Shown: piece by piece, positions 20,787 to 31,750 of the stretch
Layout of the letters: each line of letters starts with the position of its first letter
Position numbering within the stretch: position 1 is the stretch's first letter
Assembly: GCA_963827235.1 (NCBI GenBank)
Contig: CAWHAE010000008.1
Coordinates: forward strand, 320,001 to 384,000
Length of the DNA: 64,000 bases
Direction of reading: 5' to 3'
Source of the DNA: an uncultured bacterium
GTDB taxonomy: Bacteria; Chloroflexota; UBA5177; JANWHV01
The notes under the pieces: generated by a model
The model's input: the letters and a program-made list of their open reading frames with translations, nothing else
The model's database searches: none
What the model was told of the DNA's origin: nothing
Position numbers and translations under genes: made by a program

Positions 20787-21857
20787 CTATGCCGACCGCC
20801 CCACGAAGGATCGTGCGAACTCGCGTACGTCCTCGCGCCAAGCAGTGTTTAGCGGTAGCGTATCGAGGCTCTTCATGGCGGCCAGCCAGTGTTGATCCTC
20901 TCGCGCCAGAACCGTCTGCCGCGCGCCTGCCGCGCCAAGCAGATCGCGAATCCGCACCTCGTCACCCTCGGCATGCTGCTGCGCGTAGCAAGCTTCCAGC
21001 TCCGCGCGGATGGGTGGCGGGGCCGTCTCGAGCGCGACAATTATCGGTAAGGTCATCTTGCGGGTGGCGATATCGGTTGATGAGCTCTTGCCGGTCTCGG
21101 TCTCATCTCCCCAGATGCCGAGAATATCGTCGCGGATCTGGAAGGCGATGCCGAGGTCGGCCCCGAAGGCGCGGGAGACCTCTCGCAGGGGAGCTGGGAC
21201 ATTCGCAGCGCGGGCGCCAAGCCAAGCAGCCTCGCCGATCAGGCCGGCCGTCTTCCGGCCAATCATCTTCAAGTAGCTGCTCGAACTCATGTCGAGACGG
21301 CGCTCGGCCTGCATGTCCAGAAACTGGCCTTCGCACAGGCGGAGAATGGTGGACTCCGCTGAGCGAAGCGCGGCGATGAATGTGGCTGGGTCATTCTCGG
21401 CCATGGGGGATCGCAGCCATGCGAGATGCGCCAGCGAGAGCAGTCCGTCGCCTGCGTTGATTGCCTGCGGCTCGCCCCATATAGACCACACGGTAGGTCG
21501 GTTGCGCCGGCGTTCGCTGCGGTCCTCGATGTCATCATGAATCAGGCTGAAGTTGTGCAGCAGCTCCAACCCGGCGGCGAAGTGAACCAGGTTCTTGGCT
21601 TGCGCGCCCAGACCTTCGCCCAGCAGCATGCACAGGCTGGGACGTAAGCTCTTGCCCATCCGGGCCTCGCGAGGCGCGAAGTCCCTGTCGACCCAGCCCA
21701 AGTGATAGGACATCATGCCGTAGAAAGGCTCGAGGCCGGAACCTGGGCGCAGCATATCCTGCATCACGGCGCGTACCAGGTCGTTGTAGGTGCTCAGCTT
21801 CTCCGCGAGGGAGAGAAACGCACTACCCTGAGCGGCTGGCTGGCTCGAAATGGACAT
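20787..21857 (-). CDS. Polyprenyl diphosphate synthase
   Basis: GKSLRP, LIHDDIED..RR (FARM), FQIRDDILG (SARM). Confidence 0.93.
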   Translation of the reverse strand: MSISSQPAAQGSAFLSLAEKLSTYNDLVRAVMQDMLRPGSGLEPFYGMMSYHLGWVDRDFAPREARMGKSLRPSLCMLLGEGLGAQAKNLVHFAAGLELLHNFSLIHDDIEDRSERRRNRPTVWSIWGEPQAINAGDGLLSLAHLAWLRSPMAENDPATFIAALRSAESTILRLCEGQFLDMQAERRLDMSSSSYLKMIGRKTAGLIGEAAWLGARAANVPAPLREVSRAFGADLGIAFQIRDDILGIWGDETETGKSSSTDIATRKMTLPIIVALETAPPPIRAELEACYAQQHAEGDEVRIRDLLGAAGARQTVLAREDQHWLAAMKSLDTLPLNTAWREDVREFARSFVGRSA

Positions 21858-21934
21858 CGAAGACAGTCTCCGTTCTGGCCTCGGGCGCTCGGCAAGCCGC
21901 CATACCTGCCGGACCGGGCGTCGAAATGTTCGTG

Positions 21935-21943
21935 TGTTATACT
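21935..21943 (+). promoter_or_regulatory. Extended -10 of the rpsO-pnp promoter
   Basis: TGtTATACT about 50 bp upstream of rpsO. Confidence 0.55.
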
Positions 21944-21991
21944 ACCAGAGATTAAGACGAGAATTACACCCACCAAGGAGCAGTCGATCGG

Positions 21992-22255
21992 ATGGACAGC
22001 CAGACCAAAACAGCCTTGATCGCGCAATATGCCACGGGTTCGGGCGATACCGGCTCGCCCGAGGTGCAGTGTGCGCTCTTGACGCAGCGCATCAACGAGC
22101 TGCGAGAGCATTTCAAGGTCCACAAACACGACCACCATTCCCGGCGCGGTCTGTTGATGATGGTGGGACAAAGGAAGCGTTTGCTTTCCTACCTGGCGGA
22201 GCGGGATGTTGAGCGGTATCGCTCCTTGCTGTCTCGGCTCGGTCTGCGCAAGTAG
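21992..22255 (+). CDS. rpsO: 30S ribosomal protein S15
   Basis: [19 protein letters not shown]. Confidence 0.98.
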   Translation: MDSQTKTALIAQYATGSGDTGSPEVQCALLTQRINELREHFKVHKHDHHSRRGLLMMVGQRKRLLSYLAERDVERYRSLLSRLGLRK

Positions 22256-22284
22256 CCGGAGACGCGCATATTCATGGAGGAGCG

Positions 22285-24523
22285 ATGAGTTATCGCGACG
22301 AGGTTGAGGTCAGCGGTAAGACACTGTCCCTGGAGACAGGCCTGCTGGCCGGCCTGGCCGACGGCGCCGTTGTGGTGCGCTGCGGCGAAACTGTGGTACT
22401 GGCGACGGCGGTAGCCAGCCAGACGCCCCGAGAGGGCGTGGACTTTTTCCCACTCACTATCGACTACGAGGAGAAGCTGTACTCAGCCGGGAAGATTCCC
22501 GGCGGTTTCATCAAGCGCGAGGGCCGGCCGAGCGAGCACGCGATCCTCTCCGCGCGGCTGACCGATAGGCCCCTGCGGCCATTGTTTCCCAAGGGTTTCC
22601 GCAACGATGTCCAGGTGGTCGTCACGGTGCTGTCCACGGACCAGGAGAACGACCCGGATGTGCTCGGAGTTTGCGGCGCCTCGTGCGCCCTGGCCATCTC
22701 GAGCATCCCGTTCAACGGTCCGATCGCCGCAGTGCGCGTCGGCTACGTCAACGATACGTTCATCATCAATCCGACCGAGAGCGAACTGCAGTACAGCGAC
22801 CTGGATCTCGTGGTCGCGGGCACTCGCGATGCGGTCATGATGGTTGAGGGTGGCGCTCAGGAGCTACCGGAAAGCCTCGTGCTCGAGGGCATCCGTCAAG
22901 GGCACCAGGCTCTGCAGCCCATCATCGAGATGCAGGCACGAATGGCCGCGGCGGTGGGCAAGGCCAAGCGTGAAGTACCGGTCTACGTTCTGCCCGAGGA
23001 GCTAAAGGCGGAGGTCGGCGAGGTGGTGCGCGGCAGGCTCGCGGACGCCGCTTACCAGGAACGCAAGGAAGAGCGTGAGGCCGCGATTGAGGCGGTGAAG
23101 GCGGCCGCTGCAGAGCATTTCGCGGAGCGAATCGCGGCCGGCACAGTCTCCGACAAGCAGGTAGGCGAGGCGTTCCAGGGCGAGCTCAAGGCGCTGATGC
23201 GGCGCCGCATTCTCGACGAAGGCGTGCGGCCCGATCTGCGCGACCTTACCACAATTCGACCCATATCGTGTGGCGTTGGTCTGCTGCCCAGAACCCATGG
23301 CAGCGGCCTGTTCACGCGCGGCCAGACGCAGGTGCTGAGCATCTGCACCCTCGGCTCCGGCACCGACGAGCAGATGATCGACGATATCACGCCGCAATCC
23401 AAGAAGCGCTTTATGCACCAGTACAACTTTCCGCCCTTCAGCACAGGCGAGGCTCGGCCGCTTGCGCGGCCCAGGCCGCCGGGAGATCGGGCACGGAGCT
23501 CTGGCGGAGCGGTCGATTGCCGCTGTTGTCCCTGCCGAGGAGGACTTTCCGTACGTTATTCGCGTGGTGTCCGAGGTGTTGAGCTCGAACGGATCCTCGT
23601 CCATGGCATCGGTCTGCGGAACGACGCTGGCGTTGATGGACGCGGGCGTTCCCATCAGCGCGCCGGTGGCCGGGGTTGCCATGGGGCTGATCACGGGTGA
23701 CGACGGCAAATACGCAGTGCTGACCGATATCCAGGGCATGGAAGACTTCCTTGGCGATATGGACTTCAAGGTGGCTGGCACCGCGGACGGCGTCACTGGC
23801 ATCCAGATGGACATCAAGGTCAAGGGCATCACGTTCGAGATCATGCAACGTGCGCTCGAGCAGGCGCACAAGGCCCGTCTTTTCATTCTGGACAAGATGC
23901 TGGAAGTGATGCCTGAGCCGCGCGAGGAGCTGTCACCGTACGCGCCGCGCATCCTGAAGATTCAGATCAACCCGGAGAAGATCGGCGCCTTGATCGGCCC
24001 GGGCGGCAAGGTGATCCGCAAGATCCAGGAAGAATGCCAGGTTAGTATCGAGGTCCAGGACGACGGTACGGTGCTGGTGGCCACGAACAACGGTGCGAAC
24101 GCCGAGAAGGCCGTGAACCAGATCAAGTCAATCACCATGGATCTGGAGGTCGGTCAGGTCTACGATGGCGTGGTGAAACGGGTGATCGGGATTGGCGCCT
24201 TTGTCGAGGTGCTTCCCGGGAAGGAGGGCTTGGTCCACATCTCACAGCTCTCGGCACAGCGTGTCGAGCAGGTCGAGGATGTGGTCAAGGTCGGCGATAA
24301 GCTCACCGTGAAAGTGGTGGAGATCGACAGCCAGGGACGTGTGAACCTGTCGCATAAGGCTACACTTCCCGGCTACGAGGATCTGCAGGTGCCGCCACGC
24401 GGTGAGCGGCGCCCGTCCGGAGGCTTCAACGGCGATCGCAGGAGTGGTCCAGGCGGCCGCGGCGGCCCGGAGCGCGGTGGGTTCGATCGTGGGGGGCCAG
24501 CACGTGACAGACCCCGTTACTAG
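22285..24523 (+). CDS. pnp: Polyribonucleotide nucleotidyltransferase (one extra base at about 23461)
   Basis: [44 protein letters not shown] and S1 domains; split across two frames. Confidence 0.95.
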
Positions 24524-24635
24524 GAGAGCACCGTCGCTTTGACATAACGTTCAGCCGGCCCCGGCAATCGTCAGGTTGCACGGGGTCGCCTGATTTCGCG
24601 GAGGGCGGCCGCCAGTTGTGGGCGCGGAGGGCTAC

Positions 24636-25304
24636 GTGAGCGAGAGGCAGCAGCAGCTTGACATATTGGATGGGGAAGTGCGTGCGTGCCAGAAGTGCCC
24701 CCTGTGCCGCACTCGCACCAAGGCTGTGCCCGGCGAAGGTCCGGTCGACGCGGAGATCCTCTTCGTGGGCGAGGGACCAGGCTTCCACGAGGACCGGCAG
24801 GGCAGGCCGTTCGTAGGCCCGGCCGGCCGCTTCCTGGAAGAGCTGATCAACAGCGTGGGCCTGCAGCGAGACCGGGTCTACATCACGAACGTGGTCAAGT
24901 GTCGCCCTCCTGAGAACCGCGACCCTGCGCCCGCCGAGATAGCCGCCTGCGCATCCTATCTGGACCGGCAGCTTGCAATTATCAGCCCCAAGATCGTGGT
25001 CACGCTGGGCCGCTATTCCATGGCGCGCCACTTCTCGGGCCAGTCGATAACGCGCATCCACGGCCAGCCCAAGCGAGAGAACGGCGTGATCATCTTTCCC
25101 CTGTTCCACCCGGCAGCCGGGTTGCGGAGCCCGGACGTGGCTGAGATGACCAGGCAGGATGTGAGGCGCATTCCGGCGCTGCTTGAGGAGGCTCGTAGCG
25201 GCCGCGAGCAGGCTGCCGCCGGCGCACTGCGCCTGGCGCCGGCACCTGCTGCCCCGCCGCCGGCGACGGACGAATCCGGGCCGACACAGCTGTCACTGTT
25301 TTGA
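24636..25304 (+). CDS. Family 4 uracil-DNA glycosylase
   Basis: CxxCxL, GEGPG, PFVG, KCRPPENR, HPAA. Confidence 0.93.
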   Translation: MSERQQQLDILDGEVRACQKCPLCRTRTKAVPGEGPVDAEILFVGEGPGFHEDRQGRPFVGPAGRFLEELINSVGLQRDRVYITNVVKCRPPENRDPAPAEIAACASYLDRQLAIISPKIVVTLGRYSMARHFSGQSITRIHGQPKRENGVIIFPLFHPAAGLRSPDVAEMTRQDVRRIPALLEEARSGREQAAAGALRLAPAPAAPPPATDESGPTQLSLF

Positions 25305-25332
25305 ACTCCACGCCTGCCGACCTGCTACCGCG

Positions 25333-27030
25333 ATGAGTGATCGATCGATCGCTGGAGGCGATGTGCGCCTGCGCCATGGTCCACGTCTGCGCGTGATCCC
25401 TCTGGGCGGCATCGAAGAGGTCGGCAAGAACATGATGGTCTTCGAGTTCGGAGACGACATCGTGGTGGTCGACGCCGGCCTCATGTTCCCGGACGACTCC
25501 ATGTACGGCATCGATCTGGTCATTCAGGACGTGAGCTATCTCGAGGAGCGCCGCGACCGCGTACGTGGCTACATCATCTCACACGGTCATGAAGATCACA
25601 CCGGCGCCCTGCCGTATGTATTGCCGAGGGTTCCGGCACCGGTCTATGCGGCGCCCCTGACACGTGCACTTATCGAGGTGAAGCTGCGTGAGCACAAGCT
25701 GGCCGACAAGGTAGAGCTGGTCACCGTCGTGCCGGGGACCGTACTCTCGCTGGGTAGCTTCTCGGTCGAGCTGTTTCACCAGTGTCACAGCATTCCGGAC
25801 GCGCTTGGTGTGGCCCTTCATACACCGATCGGCACCGTGGTGCACACGGGCGACTTCAAATTCGACCAGCGGCCGGTCAACGGCGTGCCGCCCGACTACG
25901 GTACGCTGGCCAGGTTGGGCACTTCGGGTGTGCTGGCCCTCTTCTCCGACAGCACGCGTGCCGACACGCCGGGATTCACGCCTTCCGAGACCGTGGTGTC
26001 GGAGGGCATGCGACGGGTGTTCTCGCGCGCCAGGGGTAGAATCATCGTGGCGACGTTCGCCAGCCTGGTGGCACGCGTGCAGCAGGTGGTAGACGCTGCC
26101 GTGGAAACTGATCGCCGGGTGGCGATCATCGGCCGCAGCATGGTGAACAACGTCAGCCGCTCGATTGAGCTCGGCTATTTGCGGGTGCCACCCGGGGTGT
26201 TGGCCCGCCTGGACGAGATTGACAGTATTCCGCACCACCGGCTGGCCGTGGTGACTACCGGCAGCCAGGGCGAACCGACGAGTGCTCTCACGAGAATGGC
26301 GTTCGGCGACCAGAAGCACATGACCATCGTGCCTGGCGACACGGTGATTCTCTCTGCCACTCCGGTGCCCGGAAATGAGGAGTCGGTCGCCCGCAACGTG
26401 AACAACCTGTTCAAGCTGGGGGCAAACGTCGTCTACGAGCCGTTCGAGCAGGTGCATGTTACGGGACACGGCTCGGCAGAGGATCTGAAGCTGATGATGG
26501 GCCTGCTGAAGCCGCGCTATCTCGTCCCTATCCATGGGGAGTACAGGCACCTGGTGATGCACAAGCAGCTCGCCCTGCAAATGGGCATCCCGGAGGAGCG
26601 CGTGATCATTGCCGAGAACGGCGCCGTGCTGGAGACGGACGGCGTGCATCTGCTGCGCTCCGGAACCGTGCCGGCCGGCAAGGTGTACGTCGACGGCCTG
26701 GGCGTGGGCGACATCGGCGACGTCGTGCTCCGCGACCGCCAGGTGCTGGCGCGCGACGGTATGGTCGTGGTGATCGTGATGGTGGATCGGCAGACTCGCA
26801 GGCCGGTAGCGGATCCCGATCTGGTGACCAGAGGCTTCGTTCACCTCAACAATGCGGACGGCCTCATTGAAATGGCGCGCGAGGTTGTGTACGATGCCTT
26901 GGACGCCCACCTCGATCAGACGGCGGAGTGGACGTATGTGCAGTCGAAGATTCAGGAAACCCTCAAGAAGTTCCTCTACTCCAAGACGAAGCGCCGGCCG
27001 ATGATCATACCGGTGGTGATGGAGGTTTGA
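25333..27030 (+). CDS. rnj: Ribonuclease J
   Basis: PLGG..EVGKN, HGHEDH, HTGDFK, GSQGEP, HVTGH, PIHGE. Confidence 0.95.
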   Translation: MSDRSIAGGDVRLRHGPRLRVIPLGGIEEVGKNMMVFEFGDDIVVVDAGLMFPDDSMYGIDLVIQDVSYLEERRDRVRGYIISHGHEDHTGALPYVLPRVPAPVYAAPLTRALIEVKLREHKLADKVELVTVVPGTVLSLGSFSVELFHQCHSIPDALGVALHTPIGTVVHTGDFKFDQRPVNGVPPDYGTLARLGTSGVLALFSDSTRADTPGFTPSETVVSEGMRRVFSRARGRIIVATFASLVARVQQVVDAAVETDRRVAIIGRSMVNNVSRSIELGYLRVPPGVLARLDEIDSIPHHRLAVVTTGSQGEPTSALTRMAFGDQKHMTIVPGDTVILSATPVPGNEESVARNVNNLFKLGANVVYEPFEQVHVTGHGSAEDLKLMMGLLKPRYLVPIHGEYRHLVMHKQLALQMGIPEERVIIAENGAVLETDGVHLLRSGTVPAGKVYVDGLGVGDIGDVVLRDRQVLARDGMVVVIVMVDRQTRRPVADPDLVTRGFVHLNNADGLIEMAREVVYDALDAHLDQTAEWTYVQSKIQETLKKFLYSKTKRRPMIIPVVMEV

Positions 27031-27052
27031 GGGCCCGGAAAAGCGAGATCTG

Positions 27053-29377
27053 ATGGCAGTCCGCAAGCCCGTTCCGCAGGGCCGCCAGGGTAGCCGCGGA
27101 TCGAGGGCGCTGACTCCTGCTGACAAGCCACAGCGCGCCAAGACGACGCGCGCGCGGGCGCACGAGATTGCGCCGGCGGAAGAGCGGCAGCCTCGCTTTA
27201 GCTCGTCTCAGCGAGACCGCTGGCGCGACGCAGCCAGATTGCTGGTAGTCAGCGCCGGGTTGGCAGTGGCGCTCATGGTGGCCAATCGAACAGCCGCGGG
27301 TCCGGCGGTGATCTCGGCTCTCGACTGGGCCGCGTACCTGCTGCCTCTGCTGTTCATTGCAGTTGGGCTCGATGTGTTGCGGCGATCGACCCGCGGGCGG
27401 CCTCTGCTCCATCTCGAGGAGGTCTGCGGGCTGCTGGCGCTCTTTGGCTCCGGTGTCGTTGCACTCGGTGGCGGTCACCACGCCGGGCCGCTGGGCAATG
27501 CCGCGGCGGAGAAGTTGCATGTGTGGTTCGGGCTGGGCGGGGTCCCGCTCACGTCGATCTCGCTGCTGGCTTGCGGCATGGTTCTGGCTTTCCATCTCAC
27601 CGGCCGTGGCGTGTGGCGTTGCCTAGTTCTGGGCTCCGATGGTGCGCGCGGACTGACCCGGCTCGTAGCGGGCGGCACGGGGCGGTTGGCGAGCCTCCGG
27701 TCGCACAGGCGCCACGTGCCTGCTCCTTCGCCTGTCGTGGAGCAGACCGCGAAGCGCGTGGCAAAGGTAAAGCCGGCACCGCCGGCCGCCCAGCCGCAGG
27801 TGGAGCTAATGGCCGATGATGCGGATCTCGAGCCACCGGCCGAGGCGTTGGCCCTGATGGTGCCGGATCTGGCGGGTGAAGACGAGGAGCAGAGCGACAC
27901 ACGCGGCGGCCTGGAGCCCGAGCCAGCCTGGGTCTACCCGCCGGTCTCGCTGCTGGACACCGTCGTACCGGACGACACCGCGTCACCAGCCGATAACGCC
28001 ATTCGCAGCCGGATCATCGAGGATACGCTCAACGCGTTCAGCGTGCGTGCCAGAGTAGTTGGCTCGCACACGGGTCCCGCGATCACTCAGTTCGACATCC
28101 AGCCCGAGCGTGGCACCCGGGTGCAACGCGTCACCGCCCTGCAGAACGACCTTGCCCTTGCGCTCGCAGCCCGCAGCATCCGTATTCAGGCACCGGTGCC
28201 GGGCATGAACGTGATCGGCATCGAGATACCGAATGCCAGGACGGCAAAAGTCACCCTGCGCGAGGTGCTGGAGTCGGATAACTGCGCGAAGATGAAGTCA
28301 CCGCTCAAGGTAGCGCTGGGCAAGGACGTGTCCGGCGGCGCCGTGATGGCCGACCTGGCGCGAATGCCGCACCTTCTCATCGCGGGCGCGACCGGCTCGG
28401 GCAAGAGCGTATGTCTGAACTCACTCATCACCTGTCTGCTTTTCCACAACAGCCCGGAGCGCCTCCGCTTCCTGATGGTCGATCCCAAGATGGTCGAGCT
28501 GTCTGTATTCAACGACATACCCCATCTGCTCGCGCCTGTAGTGACCGAGGCTACCAAGGTCACGGGCACGCTGAAGTGGGCGCTCAAGGAGATGCACAGG
28601 CGCTACAAGCTTTTTGCCAAACGCGGAGCGCGTAACATCTCGCGCTACAACGAGCTACAGTATGACCCCAAGGAAGTGCTGCCGTTCATCGTGATTATCA
28701 TCGACGAGTTGGCCGACCTGATGATGGTGGCGGCTGAGGATGTGGAGGACGCCATCTGCCGCCTCGCTCAGCTTGCACGGGCGACCGGGATGCACCTGGT
28801 GCTCGCCACGCAGCGACCGTCGGTAGACGTGATCACCGGCCTGATCAAGGCGAATTTTCCCGCGCGAATCGCCTTTGCTGTGAGCTCTCAAGTGGACTCG
28901 CGCACAATACTCGACCAAGCCGGAGCCGAGAAACTGCTGGGCAGAGGAGACATGCTGTACCTGCCCAGCGACGAAGGAAAGCCAATTCGCGTGCAGGGCG
29001 CCTATCTTTCCGATGCGGAGATCGAGGGCATCGTCGGCTTCTGGAAGTCGCATTCCTCGCGTCCGGTAGAGACTATCCCGGCTGTCGAGCTCGAGCCGCC
29101 GCCGAAGGCGGAGGAGCCCGATCCGGACGATGCCTTGCTGGACGACGCGGTGCGGATTCTACGCGAGTACCGGCGAGCCTCGGTTTCTTTACTGCAGCGT
29201 CGGCTGAGCATCGGCTATACGCGAGCCGCGCGACTGCTGGACGTGCTGGAGGATCGGGGCGTGGTGGGACCGTCCGAGGACGGTCGCTCGCGCGTCGTGC
29301 TGGACGTCGGCGGTCCGGACGTATCCGGGCCGGCGGCAGCCGAATCGCTCGAAGACGACGAGGCACCGCCGCTCTAG
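27053..29377 (+). CDS. ftsK: DNA translocase FtsK/SpoIIIE
   Basis: N-terminal TMs, PHLLIAGATGSGKS, DELADLM, ATQRPS, gamma domain SLLQRRL. Confidence 0.95.
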   Translation: MAVRKPVPQGRQGSRGSRALTPADKPQRAKTTRARAHEIAPAEERQPRFSSSQRDRWRDAARLLVVSAGLAVALMVANRTAAGPAVISALDWAAYLLPLLFIAVGLDVLRRSTRGRPLLHLEEVCGLLALFGSGVVALGGGHHAGPLGNAAAEKLHVWFGLGGVPLTSISLLACGMVLAFHLTGRGVWRCLVLGSDGARGLTRLVAGGTGRLASLRSHRRHVPAPSPVVEQTAKRVAKVKPAPPAAQPQVELMADDADLEPPAEALALMVPDLAGEDEEQSDTRGGLEPEPAWVYPPVSLLDTVVPDDTASPADNAIRSRIIEDTLNAFSVRARVVGSHTGPAITQFDIQPERGTRVQRVTALQNDLALALAARSIRIQAPVPGMNVIGIEIPNARTAKVTLREVLESDNCAKMKSPLKVALGKDVSGGAVMADLARMPHLLIAGATGSGKSVCLNSLITCLLFHNSPERLRFLMVDPKMVELSVFNDIPHLLAPVVTEATKVTGTLKWALKEMHRRYKLFAKRGARNISRYNELQYDPKEVLPFIVIIIDELADLMMVAAEDVEDAICRLAQLARATGMHLVLATQRPSVDVITGLIKANFPARIAFAVSSQVDSRTILDQAGAEKLLGRGDMLYLPSDEGKPIRVQGAYLSDAEIEGIVGFWKSHSSRPVETIPAVELEPPPKAEEPDPDDALLDDAVRILREYRRASVSLLQRRLSIGYTRAARLLDVLEDRGVVGPSEDGRSRVVLDVGGPDVSGPAAAESLEDDEAPPL

Positions 29378-29500
29378 CCAGGACTGCCTGCCATCGCGGA
29401 GGTCGGGCGAGGGGGGTATAGAGGCGGGCCGCGGAAGCCCCAGCGCCGGCTCGCGTGAGTACCGGGCGGCTTCGGCGGCACGCCGGCGTTCGATGCTGGC

Positions 29501-31750
29501 CTAGGGGCCGGCCTCTACGCCAAGGACAGAGTCAAGAGCGGACTTATAGGCCCGATACAGGCTCTCCAGCTCGAGCGCGAACAGCCCGTTCCAGGTTAAG
29601 GTGGTTCCGTCCACCCTGCCCTTTCGGTGCAGAGGAACGTCATAGGCGTCCGCCAGCGCCTCGAGGCGGGGCAGGTCGCTGTGGTGCAGGCTGACGACAA
29701 TGCGCGACGGGCCCTCGCCGAAGAGCGCCACGTTGCGCCGTCCTTCGGGAATCGGGTCGACGATCTCGGCGCCAAGTCCACCGGCCAAGGCACTCTCCAC
29801 CAGAGCAACGGCGATCCCGCCTTCACTGCAGTCGTGGGCGGACTGTAGAATCGCAGCCTCGACTGCCTTGCGGCAGACGAGCTGGACGCGGCATTCCAGA
29901 TCGATGTCCAGCGGGGCTGGCTGCCCGCAGGGAGAGAGACCCCGCGCTTGAGCGTACACGCTGCCGGCCAACGAGACGTCGTCGGGACCGATCAACACGA
30001 TGACGTCATCCTCGTACTTGAACCCCGGCGTGCAGATCCGGCGCAGGTCCGCTATGTGCCCGGCCATGCCCACCACGGGCGTGGGGTAAATGGCTCCAAG
30101 CTGGCTTTCGTTGTACAGACTGACGTTGCCGCTGACCACGGGAATAGACAGTGACACGCAGGCGTCCGCCATGCCTGAGATTGCCTGCTCGAGCTGGTAA
30201 TACACCTCGGGCTTCTCGGGGTTGCCGAAGTTCAAGCAGTCGGTCACGCACAGCGGCCGCGCCCCCACGCAGGCAAGGTTGCGGGCCGCCTCGAGCACCG
30301 CGATTGCCCCGCCCGTATACGGCTCGAGGAAACAGCGACGTCCGTCGCCATCGATAGTCAGGGCGACGGCATCCTGCCTCCCCTTGAGGCGCAGGACGGC
30401 AGCGTCGGCTCCGGGAGGTACCACTGTATTGGTCTGGATCGTGTGATCGTATTGGCGCCATACGCGTTGCTTGCTGCCGATATTGGGATGTGCGAGCAGT
30501 GCGAGCAGATCCTCACAGAGATCGGGGCCGTCGGGTAGGACAAGTGCCGTGGCACGCAAGCGCTGTATCTCAGGGTCTTCTCTGCCCTCCAATACATAGG
30601 CCGGGCATTGTTCGGTAAACAGCTTGACCGGCACTTCGGCTACTACTTCCGCGCCGTCACGGATGCGAACGAGGCCATCGTTTGTTATAGCCCCTATCAC
30701 TGCGTGAGGTAGCTCCCAACGATCAAGCACGGACTCCACCGCGCCGAGGTGCCGCGGCTCCACGGCGACGAGCATGCGCTCCTGGCTCTCACTGAGCATC
30801 AGCTCGTAGGCAGTCATCATTGGCGCACGCCTTGGCACTAGCGCTAGGTCGATGGCGACGCCGGATCCGGTCTTATCCGCCATCTCCACGGTGGAGCTCG
30901 TCAGTCCGGCGGCGCCGAGGTCTTGCATGCCGGCGATAATAGCTCTGTTCCGCAGCTCAAGACACGCTTCCATGAGCAGCTTCTCGGTCAGCGGATCGCC
31001 AACCTGCACAGCCGGCCGGCGTTCTTCGGACTTCTCGTCAAGCTCCACGGAGGCAAACGTAGCGCCATGAATGCCGTCGCGTCCGGTAGCCGCGCCAACG
31101 AGCACGAGCAGGTTGCCGTCAGCGCCCGCGTGAGTGCGCACGATTCCTGCTTCCTCGACGAGACCGACGCACATGGCATTCACAAGCGGATTGCCTGCAT
31201 AGCACGCCTCGAACACTGTCTCACCGGCGACGGTGGGAATGCCCATGCAGTTGCCGTACCCGCCGACGCCCGCGACGACGCCGCTCACGATGTGGCGAAG
31301 CCATGCGTCATCTTCCGGAGCTGCAGGCGAGCCCGGAACTGTCGAGGGCAGACCGAACCGCAGAGAATCCAGCATGGCGATCGGCCTCGCGCCCATGGTG
31401 AAGATGTCGCGTAGAATGCCGCCGACTCCCGTCGCCGCGCCCTGGTACGGCTCGATAGCGCTGGGATGATTGTGGCTCTCGACCTTGAGAACGAGGGCCA
31501 GGCCGTCGCCGAGACTTACCGCGCCTGCATTCTCTCCGGGTCCTTGCAAGACCGCCGATCCGCCAGTAGGAAACCGCTTGAGAAGCGGGCGCGAGTGCTT
31601 GTAGCCGCAATGCTCGGACCACATCGCGCCAAACATGCCCAACTCGACCGCGGTCGGCGTCCGGCCGAGCAGGGCGAGGATCCTGTCATACTCATCCGGC
31701 ACGAGACCTATGATACGCAGCTGCGCCGCGCCGGGTCGTTCGTCATTCAT
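29501..31750 (-). CDS. purL: Phosphoribosylformylglycinamidine synthase subunit PurL
   Basis: MWSEHC, KVESHNHPS, LSESQERM, DCLNFGNP. Confidence 0.97.
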   Translation of the reverse strand: MNDERPGAAQLRIIGLVPDEYDRILALLGRTPTAVELGMFGAMWSEHCGYKHSRPLLKRFPTGGSAVLQGPGENAGAVSLGDGLALVLKVESHNHPSAIEPYQGAATGVGGILRDIFTMGARPIAMLDSLRFGLPSTVPGSPAAPEDDAWLRHIVSGVVAGVGGYGNCMGIPTVAGETVFEACYAGNPLVNAMCVGLVEEAGIVRTHAGADGNLLVLVGAATGRDGIHGATFASVELDEKSEERRPAVQVGDPLTEKLLMEACLELRNRAIIAGMQDLGAAGLTSSTVEMADKTGSGVAIDLALVPRRAPMMTAYELMLSESQERMLVAVEPRHLGAVESVLDRWELPHAVIGAITNDGLVRIRDGAEVVAEVPVKLFTEQCPAYVLEGREDPEIQRLRATALVLPDGPDLCEDLLALLAHPNIGSKQRVWRQYDHTIQTNTVVPPGADAAVLRLKGRQDAVALTIDGDGRRCFLEPYTGGAIAVLEAARNLACVGARPLCVTDCLNFGNPEKPEVYYQLEQAISGMADACVSLSIPVVSGNVSLYNESQLGAIYPTPVVGMAGHIADLRRICTPGFKYEDDVIVLIGPDDVSLAGSVYAQARGLSPCGQPAPLDIDLECRVQLVCRKAVEAAILQSAHDCSEGGIAVALVESALAGGLGAEIVDPIPEGRRNVALFGEGPSRIVVSLHHSDLPRLEALADAYDVPLHRKGRVDGTTLTWNGLFALELESLYRAYKSALDSVLGVEAGP

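Noticed and set aside
23455-23470. Programmed frameshift in pnp (and in nrdJ/nrdR)
   Set aside because: No slippery sequence; many similar indels across unrelated genes favour sequencing error.
25579-27141. Long antisense ORFs (also 12056-13264, 15335-16636, 23002-23952)
   Set aside because: Shadow frames of high-GC housekeeping genes; no independent motifs.
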